Shown here piece after piece: positions 27,501 through 47,250 of a DNA stretch of 64,000 nt. The notes beneath the pieces are model-generated. The model searched no databases. It was not told the DNA's origin and saw nothing but the letters and a program-made list of their open reading frames with translations. Origin of the DNA: Catajapyx aquilonaris (lineage: Eukaryota); contig JYFJ02001517.1 in assembly GCA_000934665.2 (NCBI GenBank), positions 1 to 64,000 of the forward strand, read 5' to 3'. A program made the position numbers and the translations under genes. Numbering within the stretch: the first letter of the stretch is position 1; the number at the start of each line of letters is the position of its first letter.

Positions 27501-30500
27501 CAAAATGCACTCCCAATCCCCAAACATTCTGCACCAAATTTTGCCCCCAATTTTTTTTTTACATAACTTCTTTTTTGTTGTAACATAAACTAAAAGGTGT
27601 ACTAATCACTACATACAAAGTTAAAATGTCCATCAAGCACACTACGAAACTCACCAAATACGAAGCGTTTTTCAGGGAATAATGCCGCAGGCCAGCAGAT
27701 ATTAACCGTATGTTTTTGTGGCCAAACTCAGCCCTCAGTCAGATTTCTATCTGTGGGAATTATTGACTTTCTTGTAATTCTAGTTCCTGACTACCTACGA
27801 CAAGTCAACGTCATCAGTAATGAGGAGAAAGAGAAAGATATTTTTTTTCTTTTCAACACACAGGGCGAGAGGGTGGGTGTCACACTTTTCTGCACAAATT
27901 GGTCATCAACAGTTACAAGAGCCCCCAAAACATGACTTGAATGCAGCAAGGTATAATTTAAAAGTTACACTTCATATTATTTTCAAATCCCTGTTCTTAT
28001 CACTTGTGGAGGAGTTTACTTTATCTCAACCACACCATCTGGGATTGACATTAATCCTGTCTTAAAATTTGCAACTCCTAACATGTGCGCAAACTGACGG
28101 CAAATTCCTGGCCACTTATACAGGACAAGTATCATTTTACCATGCCCATCACACAACAAATTTTCTCACTGTCTGATACACTCAAAATGCTCTTTGATTA
28201 GCATATTATTTGTTAAATTGTTATGCAGCCTACAGGCAAGTTACACTTGGTTAAAATCCATATTCTGATTACACTTTTTGGGACTCACTGTGCGTACAAT
28301 TCTCAGCACTGAATAAAGTGTACACTTGCGATTATAAGTGGGCTACCTTTAAAGATCTATAATCAACCAGGTTGAGCAGGAAAAGGCGTATCAAAGGAAA
28401 CTAACTGCATAACTCCTGTGCAAGCATATAACCAGCCAATAAAGGATATATTAGAACGTGCAAAATAAAATAAATCCATAGTCACTTAATTTAGTGAAAC
28501 GGTACTTTGTGCCAATGGATGTCTTGTAGAGTGCACAAAATATTTTTAACCCATGCATACATACAATTTCCAATTTGGTTTCCTTGTAGGGTGAACGCAC
28601 TTTTCCTGAAAAACTGACTTTACTGCTGATTCATGCATAATCTTAAGCCTAATAATTATCCTTCATTACAGAGCCACCTGAATTACATTATTTGTGTAAA
28701 TAAAATTAAGTAATTCCATAATTAAGCCAATGTTGCTCAAAAAAGAATTTATTACGTGATTTTAAAATGAAAAAAATCCTGTGTTAATGTTAAATGCTTT
28801 ATAACATACCTGGCAACAAAACCTGGTATATGTGATTATATTCCACGTAACCCTACTCCCAATAACTCCACAAAAATTTGAACATTCTGGATCGTGGCAC
28901 CAGTTTGTACCAAATATTGCTTTGTTATAAGAAAGTAGCCACAGGAATGGAATTAGTAAATTTCAATGCAGTTTTTGCGAATATTTTTTTGCGGCACTTG
29001 TAATTGAGTAAGACGGCCTTTAGCTTTTGAAAAAACTATTGAGAACTACAAAAAATACCAAATTATGACATCAGCCATATTAAGTGGTTTTGGAATGCAT
29101 CCAAATCAACAAAAGTGACATTTGAAAAATGAATTCAGCATTTTTAGGTGGGAGAGGTTTTTGTTCTTTAACACTTGCAATTGACTAAGTAATAGACAAG
29201 TCAGAATATATGATGGAAGAGCAGAATTCGAAATATGCAAAGGCTCCTCCAGTCACTGTGGAACAAATCATGGGTTTCCAGAGAAATTATCTCTACGTGT
29301 AAGGAGGTAACTCGATGACGCCTGTGTCACCCTTGTTTTTACTGCCATTGCATGGCCAAACTCGGAACAGAGTTGACATGAGTTGGGATAGAATTTATTG
29401 CCTTGCCTCTGATGATCGATAGGACCAATAATATTTCTAGAATGATGGTAGATACCACCTTCAAGGGGTTAAACCTGTCCCATGCAAGGCATATCTCACA
29501 CCTGCAATCTAATCAAATATGATCCACATAATTATTTGGTATTTTATTATTTTTTATGTTGTTAACCACCGTGCAAGCTCAGGTCTACCTGTCTCCGTCA
29601 CATACAAGTGCAGCAAAAAAATCTTGACATTATCCCACACTCTGGGATAATTTCAGAGGTTCAGTGGCATTTCAGTTAATATGCCACCATCTGGGATCAT
29701 CCAAATCAAACTTCTAAAATGTCTTACATTTTTAATGCTACATCAGATATGGAAGCTAAAAATCGGTGGGTTTGCCAGACGTAACAAATGTTTTAAAGTA
29801 GGTTTTAATTATATGGCCACACATACAAACACACAGCGAGAGTGACAAAAAGTGTAACCTTACCACATATTAATAATGGTTGCACAGAGTAAACTCACAC
29901 CACACTCAATTTTTTAAACAAATGAAAATCAAATCCCTACCAAGTAGCAAAAATGGCCTACCAGTTAATATTGCCTTGCTAGCAAGACGAATGCAGGATA
30001 AGCACTTGGCACAAAATTTACATACTCTGTCATAATGAAATTCCTCTTACGGGCACAAAAAAAAACCCATGCTGGTGACCAAATACTTTAAAAATGAGCA
30101 ACAGACCCAAAGAGAAGGTTGAAAAAAATTAACCAGTACAAAAGAAAAGTAAAAGCATGAGCATAACGACATTTGAGTCGTGACTCAAAAGCACCTTAGA
30201 GTTTCATATTAATTTGGCGCCGCTAAGCTTTTTTAAAACTGCTAAGAGAAGCGTAAGGTTCAAGCAAAAGGCTTTTAACAAAAAAGGAACAATTGGGTGG
30301 GTAACTTGTAGTCATAAAACAAGATATAAAAGGTAATTTGAGACAGAGACAGAGAGAGAAAAGGTCAGTGTTGGGAACATTACCCTCGAAAAGTAGCCGG
30401 TCAGTGCTGTTTGAAGCCAATATAATGAATATATGCTATGCAAGTATTGAACGATTGCTCCTTCTCAACACTTTTTTAACTTGACACTCTTAGCATTAGT

Positions 30501-30954
30501 TTAAAAATTCCTCTCTTGATTACAATTGCTCATATGTGAACAGCTCAAAGTACACAGCTGAACAGCATTTGAACCACTTGTACCAAATATTGGACCCAAG
30601 CCGCAACAATTAAGACAGCATGAAGTAACTCCCTAGCTCGATGCACAGTGGCAGCACAGCGTAACTTTGGAATACACCATACGGACGTGTGCTGCAACCA
30701 GCGACTGGCTACTTGTCGAGTCGTAGGCAACTTTCCCAACTCCAGGTACAAAACAAGGTGTGACAAAAAAAGCTGCGCCCAATCAAACGAGAAACGAAAC
30801 AGATGAGTGACTGAATGAAGGAGGTCAAGGGAGAATATAGTCAAAAGAGTTAATGATAACAATAATAATAACGAGAGTAAAGTTAATGATAATAACAAAA
30901 AGGTGAAACCGTGAAGTGCCCCTGTGTCTACTTACGCTGACCAACGGGATACAT
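15506..30954 (-). CDS. AGO1: Argonaute-1 (miRNA-class AGO; N, PAZ, MID, PIWI), 886 aa
   Basis: Exons 30936-30954 (MYPVGQ), 25143-25268, 24907-25057, 23234-23363, 22731-23037, 21080-21693, 20727-20931, 20532-20645, 18474-18640, 17836-18224, 17086-17215, 16656-16855 and 15506-15614. All are GT-AG, phases join, total 2661 nt. Motifs: [63 protein letters not shown]-terminal MYFA*. Catalytic D-E-D-H residues are all present. Confidence 0.97.
16303..16407 (-). CDS. Candidate Ago1 cassette exon (105 nt, phase 2-2, +35 aa)
   Basis: Acceptor tccctctctgccctcttccag|, donor GG|gtactttg (same gtactttg as the constitutive exon-3 donor). It is stop-free in the Ago1 frame. Confidence 0.55.
19000..19670. mobile_element. 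Old foldback/MITE with long diverged inverted arms in an Ago1 intron
   Basis: tcaaatgaaagagaaagccaaggggagaatgtgcct (about 19135) pairs with aggcgcattctcctcgtctttctctttcatttga (about 19506-19539). Weaker complementarity extends to about 19000 and 19670. Ends are approximate. Confidence 0.7.
20000..20060. mobile_element. Isolated terminal fragment of a non-autonomous DNA transposon
   Basis: gtggcgcccatggcacgtgccatacttgccataccctagttacgcc resembles the GGCGTAACTAGGG-type termini common on animal MITEs. No partner end was seen. Confidence 0.35.
22158..22509 (+). mobile_element. tRNA-derived SINE with (TTA)n tail and 14-bp target-site duplication
   Basis: Pol III A box TGGCGCTGCGG at 22170-22180, B box GGTTCGATCCC at 22213-22223, (TTA)n tail at about 22492-22513, and TSD TTATTCAAGAAAAT at 22144-22157 and 22510-22523. 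Confidence 0.85.
23727..24045 (+). repeat. G-run-rich low-complexity tracts (G-quadruplex-capable on + strand)
   Basis: Two clusters of GGG+ runs (about 23727-23796 and 23918-24043) in Ago1 intron 3. They are C-rich in the Ago1 pre-mRNA. Confidence 0.55.
24597..24682. repeat. Perfect 41-bp inverted repeat with 4-nt loop
   Basis: gtatggcgtattgctttcctgttgcccgccttgctcttccc-ggcg-gggaagagcaaggcgggcaacaggaaagcaatacgccatac. Confidence 0.95.
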
Positions 30955-31448
30955 GATTTTTTGTGGCTCAACCTAGGGCCCGGGCTCTATAAACGGACAG
31001 CAAGAGAAATAAATAAATAAATAAAATGCTGAGTAGAGAGAGAGATAGGGATTGGGGATGGCAGTTGGCAGGGAGTGAGTGTGTGAGTGTATGGGGCGGA
31101 GGTGCAGCACAAGTGGGGCGGGTTCGAGTGGAGGGCGGGTTGGGGGCAGATGGTGGGTGGGGGTGCGTCTCTCCTCCCCTCCTGAGGGAAGGGGGAAGAA
31201 GGGTGGAAGGGACGGATGCGAAGAGAGAGAACTGGCCTAGTAGTAGGTCCAGCTTTGGGAACCCCAAAAGGGTCTCTCCCCGGGCTGGCTCTGGTGTCTC
31301 TGGGCGGGCTTCCTCCTCTCCTCCTCCGGCGGCGGAGAGGCGTCCGTCGATCGGTGGCGGTCGAGGGACGGGGCGAGCGGGCGGGCAGGCGGGCGGGCGG
31401 GCGGATCACGGACGCACACTCCCTCCTCTCCTCCTCCTCCTTCCTCCC

Positions 31449-31590
31449 TCAGACTCTCAACATGGCGCCTCTCGGACACTCGAGAGGAGGGGGGAGGGAG
31501 GGAGGGAGGGGGTGACGTCACGAGGGCAGGGCGGGAAAGAGGGGGAGGGGAGGGGATGAGCAGGCCTGGAAATAAGGCGGATCTGACGTG
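31449..31590 (-). promoter_or_regulatory. Ago1 promoter/TSS region (GC/CpG-rich; CRE palindrome; YY1-like motif overlapping a uATG)
   Basis: TGACGTCA at 31513-31520, a half-CRE TGACGT at about 31584, and GGCGCCATGTT on the minus strand at about 31459-31469. A GC-rich island spans about 31050-31600 upstream of the Ago1 ATG. Confidence 0.55.
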
Positions 31591-33248
31591 GGTCATCGGG
31601 AAATTCGTATGATGCGCGAGGGGGCTCAATCATACCATTTATGTAGCTATCAGAAGGCCATTAATAAATTGCGGAGTGTCTGTTTAGGAGTCAGATTTCG
31701 ACAAGAAGCAACGGGCACTTTGCTTATATTTTAGTGCAGGTGACCCTTTTTGCTCAGACGATCCATATTTCAGTTGGTAATGGGTGTAGTGGATATAGCA
31801 GGGGAAGGCCAATTTCCTCTTGCTCTGTTAGTACTGTATTACATCATTTCAGTGGGCACAGTAATTCCTACGAATCTGCGCAGACATTTTCATAATACAT
31901 TATTGGACCGCTTATTCGTCACTGCATAGGAGTGTTTAATACTAAACAAAACTGAAAGTTTAATTAATCTACCCACATAAGAACAACTCCCTACAGAACA
32001 AAATGTACGCTAGGCTACTTGAAACCCTTGCTATTTCAATACATTACTGTAGTAATTATTTTTTGTAAGAATGTCAGAAAAAAATGATGGGGTTCTAATA
32101 CTTCTAAATGAGAAATGAGAGGCCCATGCACGATTTTACTAATTTCTTTCGGAAGAAACGGCAAAATGGTATAAAAATGTAATGTTCGTATACAACGTGA
32201 TGCAAACAAGAAAGGACTTCGATTTTCTTTTTGATGGCCTTGGGCCGTGGGCGATCGCCAAAGTGCGTACACAAGTAACTGAAGTGCGTATGCAAGTATA
32301 ATTGAAAATAGGGCGGCAAGAGCTCATCCTTACTCCAGCCCTGCACGTGGTTGTTGCATAGTTCATGTTTATAACATATTAATTCCTTTCTTGTCATTCT
32401 AGCAACAGGTTCTACCATTCAGCGCAGGTCATATATGCACAACGTACGTGGATCAAAATTGACTATTATATGATTGTCATGTTCTTGAATATAATTTTAT
32501 GCCATTGAAAGGGAGCACGCGCTACTGCATTGGCGGTAAAATAACTCGAAACATTACCGCGCAATTTGCGTAGAAGTCTATACTGTACACAAATGCGCAG
32601 AAATTGTCTAATTGCGCTCATCAGCCGTAATGTCAATACTGTGTAGTAAACACGTAAACGCTATCGGCTATCCCTGGTTACGCATGAAAAGCCACCAGTT
32701 TCAACATTCGCGCGGAAGACGGCGCAAGACTATGGAAAAATAGACCATGACGTATCTCCTTATGACTCATCGTAAAATTCACTCTGGTTGCTCGCAAAAA
32801 AACAGGAAGAGCATAAACCTTATTTCCCACCCTGTCCCTGTCCCCTCCCCCCGCCTCTCCCCATCCCCCCCTCCCTTCATGCAATGAGCAATGTTGCCAG
32901 GAGCACGGAACATTTCCGGACAAGGTCAATACTCCAAAAACGTGTACCGGATGAACTCCCCCGCGGACTGGCCGACCTCAACCAGCCGCAACCGCAGGCC
33001 CCAAAAATGGCCCTGTCCAACTTATGCCCAACAGCGAAAAAAAAAGAGAGAGAAAAAAAATTCATTGGCATCCCTACAAGGGAACCCGGAAGCGAAACAA
33101 ACCCGCGTTTCCCTGACCCAGACAAAGGGGGCGTGGACCACGGGCGGCCCACCTCCCATTTTCTTTTATAAACCGAATTAAAATGATTAATGAATCGGTG
33201 TCAACGGGAGTGATCAGGCGACGGAATGGACGGGATTGGCCTGCAGAC

Positions 33249-33270
33249 TGATTGATTGATTGATTGATTG
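33249..33270 (+). repeat. (TGAT)n microsatellite upstream of the mRpL53 ATG
   Basis: tgattgattgattgattgattg. Confidence 0.8.
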
Positions 33271-33344
33271 GGGGTGCGTGTGTGTGCGTATGGTGGCCTC
33301 CCGCAGACGCAGAAGGAGCAGAGGAAAGGGCGCAGTAACGTGCC

Positions 33345-35777
33345 ATGTCGATCCCGTTCTCTGGGACGGTCACTCGCTCGGCGGGTCTGGTCAGTGCCAT
33401 TGCCAAGCAGCTGAAGACTTTCACGCTCAAGCCAGTCAACAAGGCATTATTCAAGTTCGACCCCTTCCACCACAGCATCGATTCCATCAGGTTTGTGTGT
33501 ACAGCACTTTGCAACGCATGGAATGGAATGGACTTGGCATAAGTGCAGTTGAACTGTGGGGTAAACATATACCGTAGTACCTCATGTAAAGTGGCATGCC
33601 GGTGTATTCGAGGTTGACAAGTTTTTTAGAAATGCACGATCTGGTGGCTGTTCCAGCTTGCCGGTCTAAGCGAGGTGTGCCGGTATATGGCGAGGTTTTC
33701 ATAAGCACAGGCTTGGCACAGGATTATCACGATCTCTCTGAAAACTATTGTTACTCAAATGAATGCATTGCGCCATGTTCTACGGTGTGGATACAGCCCA
33801 GAACACTTCTATTGCCTGACATGTCCCATAAGATCATTCGTTAAGTTCTTTCATTGCAACCTTTTCAATGAAAAGTGCAAGGCTACAAGAAGGTAAGCAT
33901 ACCTACCAGGATATTTCATACGTTGGATTTGGATTTTATTATCTGAGAAACGCTACGTCTCATACATATTGACACCACTACACAGTGATCCTTTGATTGC
34001 CAATGAGATCTGTGACCAGCGAACTATTGAGTAAAATGAAGGACCGAAGGAGTTCGCCTTACTGTGTATGGGATTGGTGACACTCTATGCCCTGTGCAAT
34101 AGATGAACTTGCACATTCTCACAGCCCTGTATGCCTGTGCTCACACATTTTTCACACTAACATTAATTTAGTACCGTAGTATACCAGATGCATTCCGGAA
34201 AAGGATCAAAATTATAGAAATCTATCTCAAGTATTGTGGCATCCAGCCACCCCCAGGTTATGCCAGCATGCTGGTCAACCTCGTTTTATACTGGCATGCC
34301 ACTTTAAGTGAGATAATATGGTACAACCATGGAGTCAACCCTGGCTTCAACCCTGAACTAACTTTTAAAAATCCATTATGTAGCCCGATGTAGCCTATAC
34401 CCACCGAAACCATGTGCTATGTATTATGGGGCGTCATTTTCTTACAGGCAGTTCCAGTGGCAGATATCGTGCTCGAGGGTTAGAGACACAAACCCAAACT
34501 GCACGTTTAAGACCGACATTGCCTGTGATCGATCGGAGCCTACAGTTACCTTTAGCCTTGGTGAGTAGCCTGTTGATGATAATGGTGGGGGGAATTTGTT
34601 CATCTTCACTAGTTGGACACTCACTAGGCCAATCCAAGCATGTGTGACATTCACTTGTGAGCATTCCTGTACACACAGAGTTACACTCATTGGTAGATGG
34701 GAATGTTTTGTGTATTGCTAACATTTTGAGTGATTTACTGTGGACATGGTTTGTCAAGCGAAGTTCATGATTATCTAAGATGGTCCGTTTCTTCTCCATT
34801 TTTAAACGTTCCGACTTACCTCATCACCTCCTCTCATATCGTATGCCTGGCAGTGTGCTTCCATTGTTAGGGACCACAAAATGTAGTTGCATTTTAACTA
34901 ATACAATTTCTTTTGGACTCCAAACAAGGCCCAGTGCCACTGGAGAATGTCGATTCTGTTCATGTAATACTCTGAACGTTACAATAATCATACCTTCACC
35001 TTCCTCGAAATCAGGCCAAACACTGTCAGGGATGAAAATTCCTGGAAAAGCAGACATCTTTACACGGTGCACATGGACTTGTAATATTTTCCTTTCTAGG
35101 TACCTGCTACCACGTCAGTCTTTCTATCTGTGCCACCAAAAATAGTTTGCCTGACAATGAATGACGCAGGCCAGAACTAATAAATATCAGAATGTTTCAA
35201 TACAGATTCCATTGCTATCTAAGTGTACGGGGGCACAATTTGTATAGTGTAGCAGAGCTGTTTATAAAGGACTCTTGCCACACACACTATATTAGTAATA
35301 CTGTATGACTATCAATTATTTTGAACTTGGAATGGAAATACATGTGAAGGAGATCACTCCAAGTAGCTGCTGCTCTTTTGCTGTAGTGGAGACAGTTAAG
35401 CCCTGCCCACTCGCGTAGGAGTAAAGGCTATGTTTAACCCTGCCTTCACTTATTAAGCCTAATAAAATCATGATATGTCTGGTATGAAACAAACTAATAT
35501 TATGATGCCTAAGCACTGTTACATAATTTACCTGAAGGTGGTTCCCAGTGTTAGCCCTGGAGAAATGTCACCCTGATCTATACAAAATTCACATGTTTCC
35601 AATTTCATTGCAGAAAATGGTAAGACAATAAACTTTGAGACCAGTCACCTGACAGCATTGGAGATCCTCCAGCACTACAACCGCATAATTCAGCCGTTCC
35701 TTCCACCTCCAGAGGAGGCCCCCCTAGTCCAGACCAAAGCCACAAAGGCATCTGCTGTCAGGCGGAAGAAGCGCTGA
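33345..35777 (+). CDS. mRpL53: Mitochondrial large-subunit ribosomal protein mL53, 140 aa
   Basis: Exons 33345-33490, 34448-34560 and 35614-35777 (423 nt, phases join). The protein MSIPFSGTVTRSAGLVSAIAKQLK...FKFDPFH...DTNPNCTFKTDIACDRSEPTVTF...FETSHLTALEILQ...RRKKR* matches arthropod mL53 motifs (FDPF, TNPxC, CDRSEP, LTxLE). Confidence 0.9.
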
Positions 35778-35785
35778 ATTCAAGT

Positions 35786-35971
35786 ATGAAGAAAGTGAAG
35801 GATCGCAATGGGGCACTGACCCTCTTCAACACCCTCTATGCCCAGGTCCCTGAGTTTACAGAGGTATTCGATGAGGAGACCTGGTATATATTTGTTGCTT
35901 GTTTCACTGCTGCCACCATCATTGTTGTGTTTATCTTGTCCAGGTTTGTAGTACTGAAGCCTGTGGAATGA
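35786..35971 (+). CDS. 61-aa single-pass membrane microprotein (resembles Drosophila CG33155-type small protein), second cistron of the mRpL53 transcript
   Basis: MKKVKDRNGALTLFNTLYAQVPEFTEVFDEETWYIFVACFTAATIIVVFILSRFVVLKPVE*. The ATG has A at -3 and lies 8 nt after the mRpL53 TGA. One TM helix is present, and AATAAA occurs only after this ORF. The family resemblance is from memory. Confidence 0.75.
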   Translation: MKKVKDRNGALTLFNTLYAQVPEFTEVFDEETWYIFVACFTAATIIVVFILSRFVVLKPVE

Positions 35972-35992
35972 GATTCCCTGCCTGTGCCTGTT

Positions 35993-35998
35993 AATAAA
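35993..35998 (+). terminator. Polyadenylation signal for the mRpL53/microprotein transcript
   Basis: AATAAA about 20 nt after the microprotein stop, followed by a U-rich tract (tccttttgttattttttc). Confidence 0.7.
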
Positions 35999-36063
35999 AC
36001 TTATAGCTGCCACCAACTTATCCTTTTGTTATTTTTTCTAATGCCACCAAACCATTTAAAAAA

Positions 36064-44483
<8,420 letters not shown>

Positions 44484-46752
44484 GACGTCAACTAAAGAAA
44501 TCCATGCCTAGGGGCAGAATAACAAACGGACATCCCTGGAGACTTCACATACATAAATCTTTGTGCAGAATTTGACAGGTGCCAGCTGAGCTTTTCAGCA
44601 ATTAAACACCCCACCACCTGACACTACTAAGCTCTGCTTGGAACATCGATTCCTTGGGTTCCACGTAAACACGTGATTGTAGCTGGTATTCACACGAACC
44701 GATCTCAGAAAGGATCTGCTAATTTACCCCATCATGCAGCTGAATATGTACTACGATTCTTTGGGTCGGAGTACGTATGCTCAGCATGTATAAAGAGGAT
44801 GCATACAATGCATTGTATGAAAATGTGAGAATAATTTTATTCGCACATTTTCAAATTCGCAAAATATTCACAAACCCTACTTGCAAGTTACTAGCACTTG
44901 AAACGTTACACTATACCAGACGATAATGAATTGCGAATATACATTACTCAGTTTGCACCTGCACAAAACGTGCTATTACTCACGTGACTTTAGCACAACA
45001 TAACAATCGATATGAAACAAAAAATGGGGGTGCAGAAACACTCCCCTAGATAAATCGATGGTGGACCCCATACACTTAAAGAGGTATTAGTCACTCCTTC
45101 CCCCTACTACCTTATGTCCTCGACTTGTAGAGTCCAGCACACGTCACCTGTACCGGTTGTCCTCCCTTCCAAATATCGGTCAAATTGTGCCCAGTGTAGA
45201 GGTTGTGGCTTGTAGGACTGGGGAAGGAAATGGTGGTTCGAGAAGGGAGCCACTGGCACATTTCGGATCGGTTGCCATGGGGATACTGTAAAAACACGCG
45301 GCCTCTCCCAATTAGGTCAAACTCCAGACCGGCCTGCATGCAATACGATACACTCGCGAATCGGACGGGGAGGACTTGGGCTTTGCAGACTGTCTTCTCC
45401 ACAGAAATTCACGGAAAACCAATGCACTGTAGACCCATAATTATGCAAGTGTGCTTCTGGATCGCAATAAATGAGTAGAGGATAATGAAAATTGCCTACT
45501 TGTCGGTGTACCCCAACATGGAGGAAAATACATTTTATACCCCTTTAAGGGCCTACTGCTACTTATAAACACCTGACTTCACATGAAGTGTATAAATTGT
45601 GATGGAAGTTTGATAGTGGAAGAAATGAGAAAACCTCGAAAAAACCCACGCATGCACTTAGAGAACCAATGGAAACTTTTTCCCATGAGAAATTCCTCTG
45701 TCCGACCCAATCATTTTGACAAAATAAAGAATCAATCACATTGCAGTGTATGCCCTCAAAATTCTAAACTTAGGGTAACAAACCTTTTTGTGAATGCCTC
45801 TTGTGACAGATAAGGTAGATAAGTTGAATTCAATAGTGAAATTATGAGCACTCACTAAATAATCATATTTGAGTCAAATATAACTGAAAATGTGGATTTG
45901 TAGATATGTACTGTACTCATATATTGGTGACTACTGCTGGACAGGGCCTTGTCTATGCCAAAATAGTGTCAAGATGCAACTGCATCACTGAGGGGGGAAA
46001 TTGGATGGGTAGACCTTGTTGGTGAGAATTCTTTTCATTATGCAGCATAAGACCCAAGAAGTAGCTCACAAAACTGAAGAAATCTTTCATCCCCTTCACC
46101 ATCACCTACCCTAGAAAATTATTATTCCCGGGTATCTTGGGATATTTTTTCTGAACAACTTGAAGCCAAAGTGACGTTTGGAATCTGCAATGAAGATCCC
46201 TACTTCTCTGTAAGAATACACATTCCCCACAACCTCTCCCATAGTGTTTACAGTACATACAGTTTAGCTGTGTGTTGCAAGGATGGGAAGTGAGTTGGCA
46301 TGCCCAAAAGTTATAACATGAAGGTACTGCACACAATAACCAAAGGTCACAGTCAACTCATTTGGTTACCAACTCAATGCCTCTTCCCACGGTACAATTA
46401 ACTTATATAGGCTGTCCAGAAAAAATCCATGGGTTTTCTGGGGTTTTGAAGTGAGTTGCCAGAGGCAAAGGGAACCTTGAATACCCGACATCCACCTTGA
46501 AAAAAACATTCCCCGCCTGGCTACTTTACTTATCTTCATGGTAAACATAGGGACTGGGCAAGTGGGGAGGGGCGCTGAAAAGTTTATTAAACCCACCTAA
46601 TCCCTGCAGTCTTTTCTTGGTTCCCCTTTACCCCCAATACAGTTCCATATAATATATTCACAAGCTTGTACTGGCTCAGCATTACTCTGGAGACTATGGG
46701 TTCCTTTATGTCATGGGCTATGGGTTATTTGCCAATTTCAGGTAGCACATTT

Positions 46753-47005
46753 GAGGGGCCTGAGATCAATAACAGCCAAGTCCACTTGGAAAAACTGGCC
46801 ATAAAATGAGCAAAAACTGATTATGACTTAACTTTCACTGGTACAATCTTGAAACTTTTTACGTCCATATGTTGCCGCAGTTCAACTACATACGGAAATG
46901 TGGAATTAATACCCAATGACATTAAAATACATAATTGCTGCACATACTGTACTTGCGTTACACCACCCAAAAGTGGACTTGGCCATTTTTGATCTCAGGC
47001 CCCTC
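46753..47005. mobile_element. MITE with about 35-bp TIRs, GAG...CTC termini and 4-bp ATTT TSD (Sola-like)
   Basis: attt|GAGGGGCCTGAGATCAATAACAGCCAAGTCCACTT ... AAGTGGACTTGGCCATTTTTGATCTCAGGCCCCTC|attt. Confidence 0.8.
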
Positions 47006-47250
47006 ATTTTGATGTGAGATACATTTTTCATATTTTCTGGTTGAGCATATTCTTTTAATAATCTATAATTATCTTACTTAGTTGAACATGTGGAGATGCA
47101 TGTAATTTTCGAGGCTCATTGCCAAGCTCAGCAGCCATTAGGATGAACTGACAAATGACACAGCAAACAAAATTAGCAAAAATGCTTGCATTTTTCAAAC
47201 AATAAGATGCAGATAAGGATACCGAGCACCATTCTGAATCAAGCAAGATT

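Noticed and set aside
30968..31629. Several overlapping 100-177-aa ORFs on both strands
   Set aside because: They arise from the GC-rich, low-complexity Ago1 leader and promoter and have no recognisable protein features.
45271..45286. RFX X-box upstream of eys (GTTGCCATGGGGATAC)
   Set aside because: It is attractive for a ciliary gene, but the 4-nt spacer deviates from consensus and one imperfect motif is insufficient.
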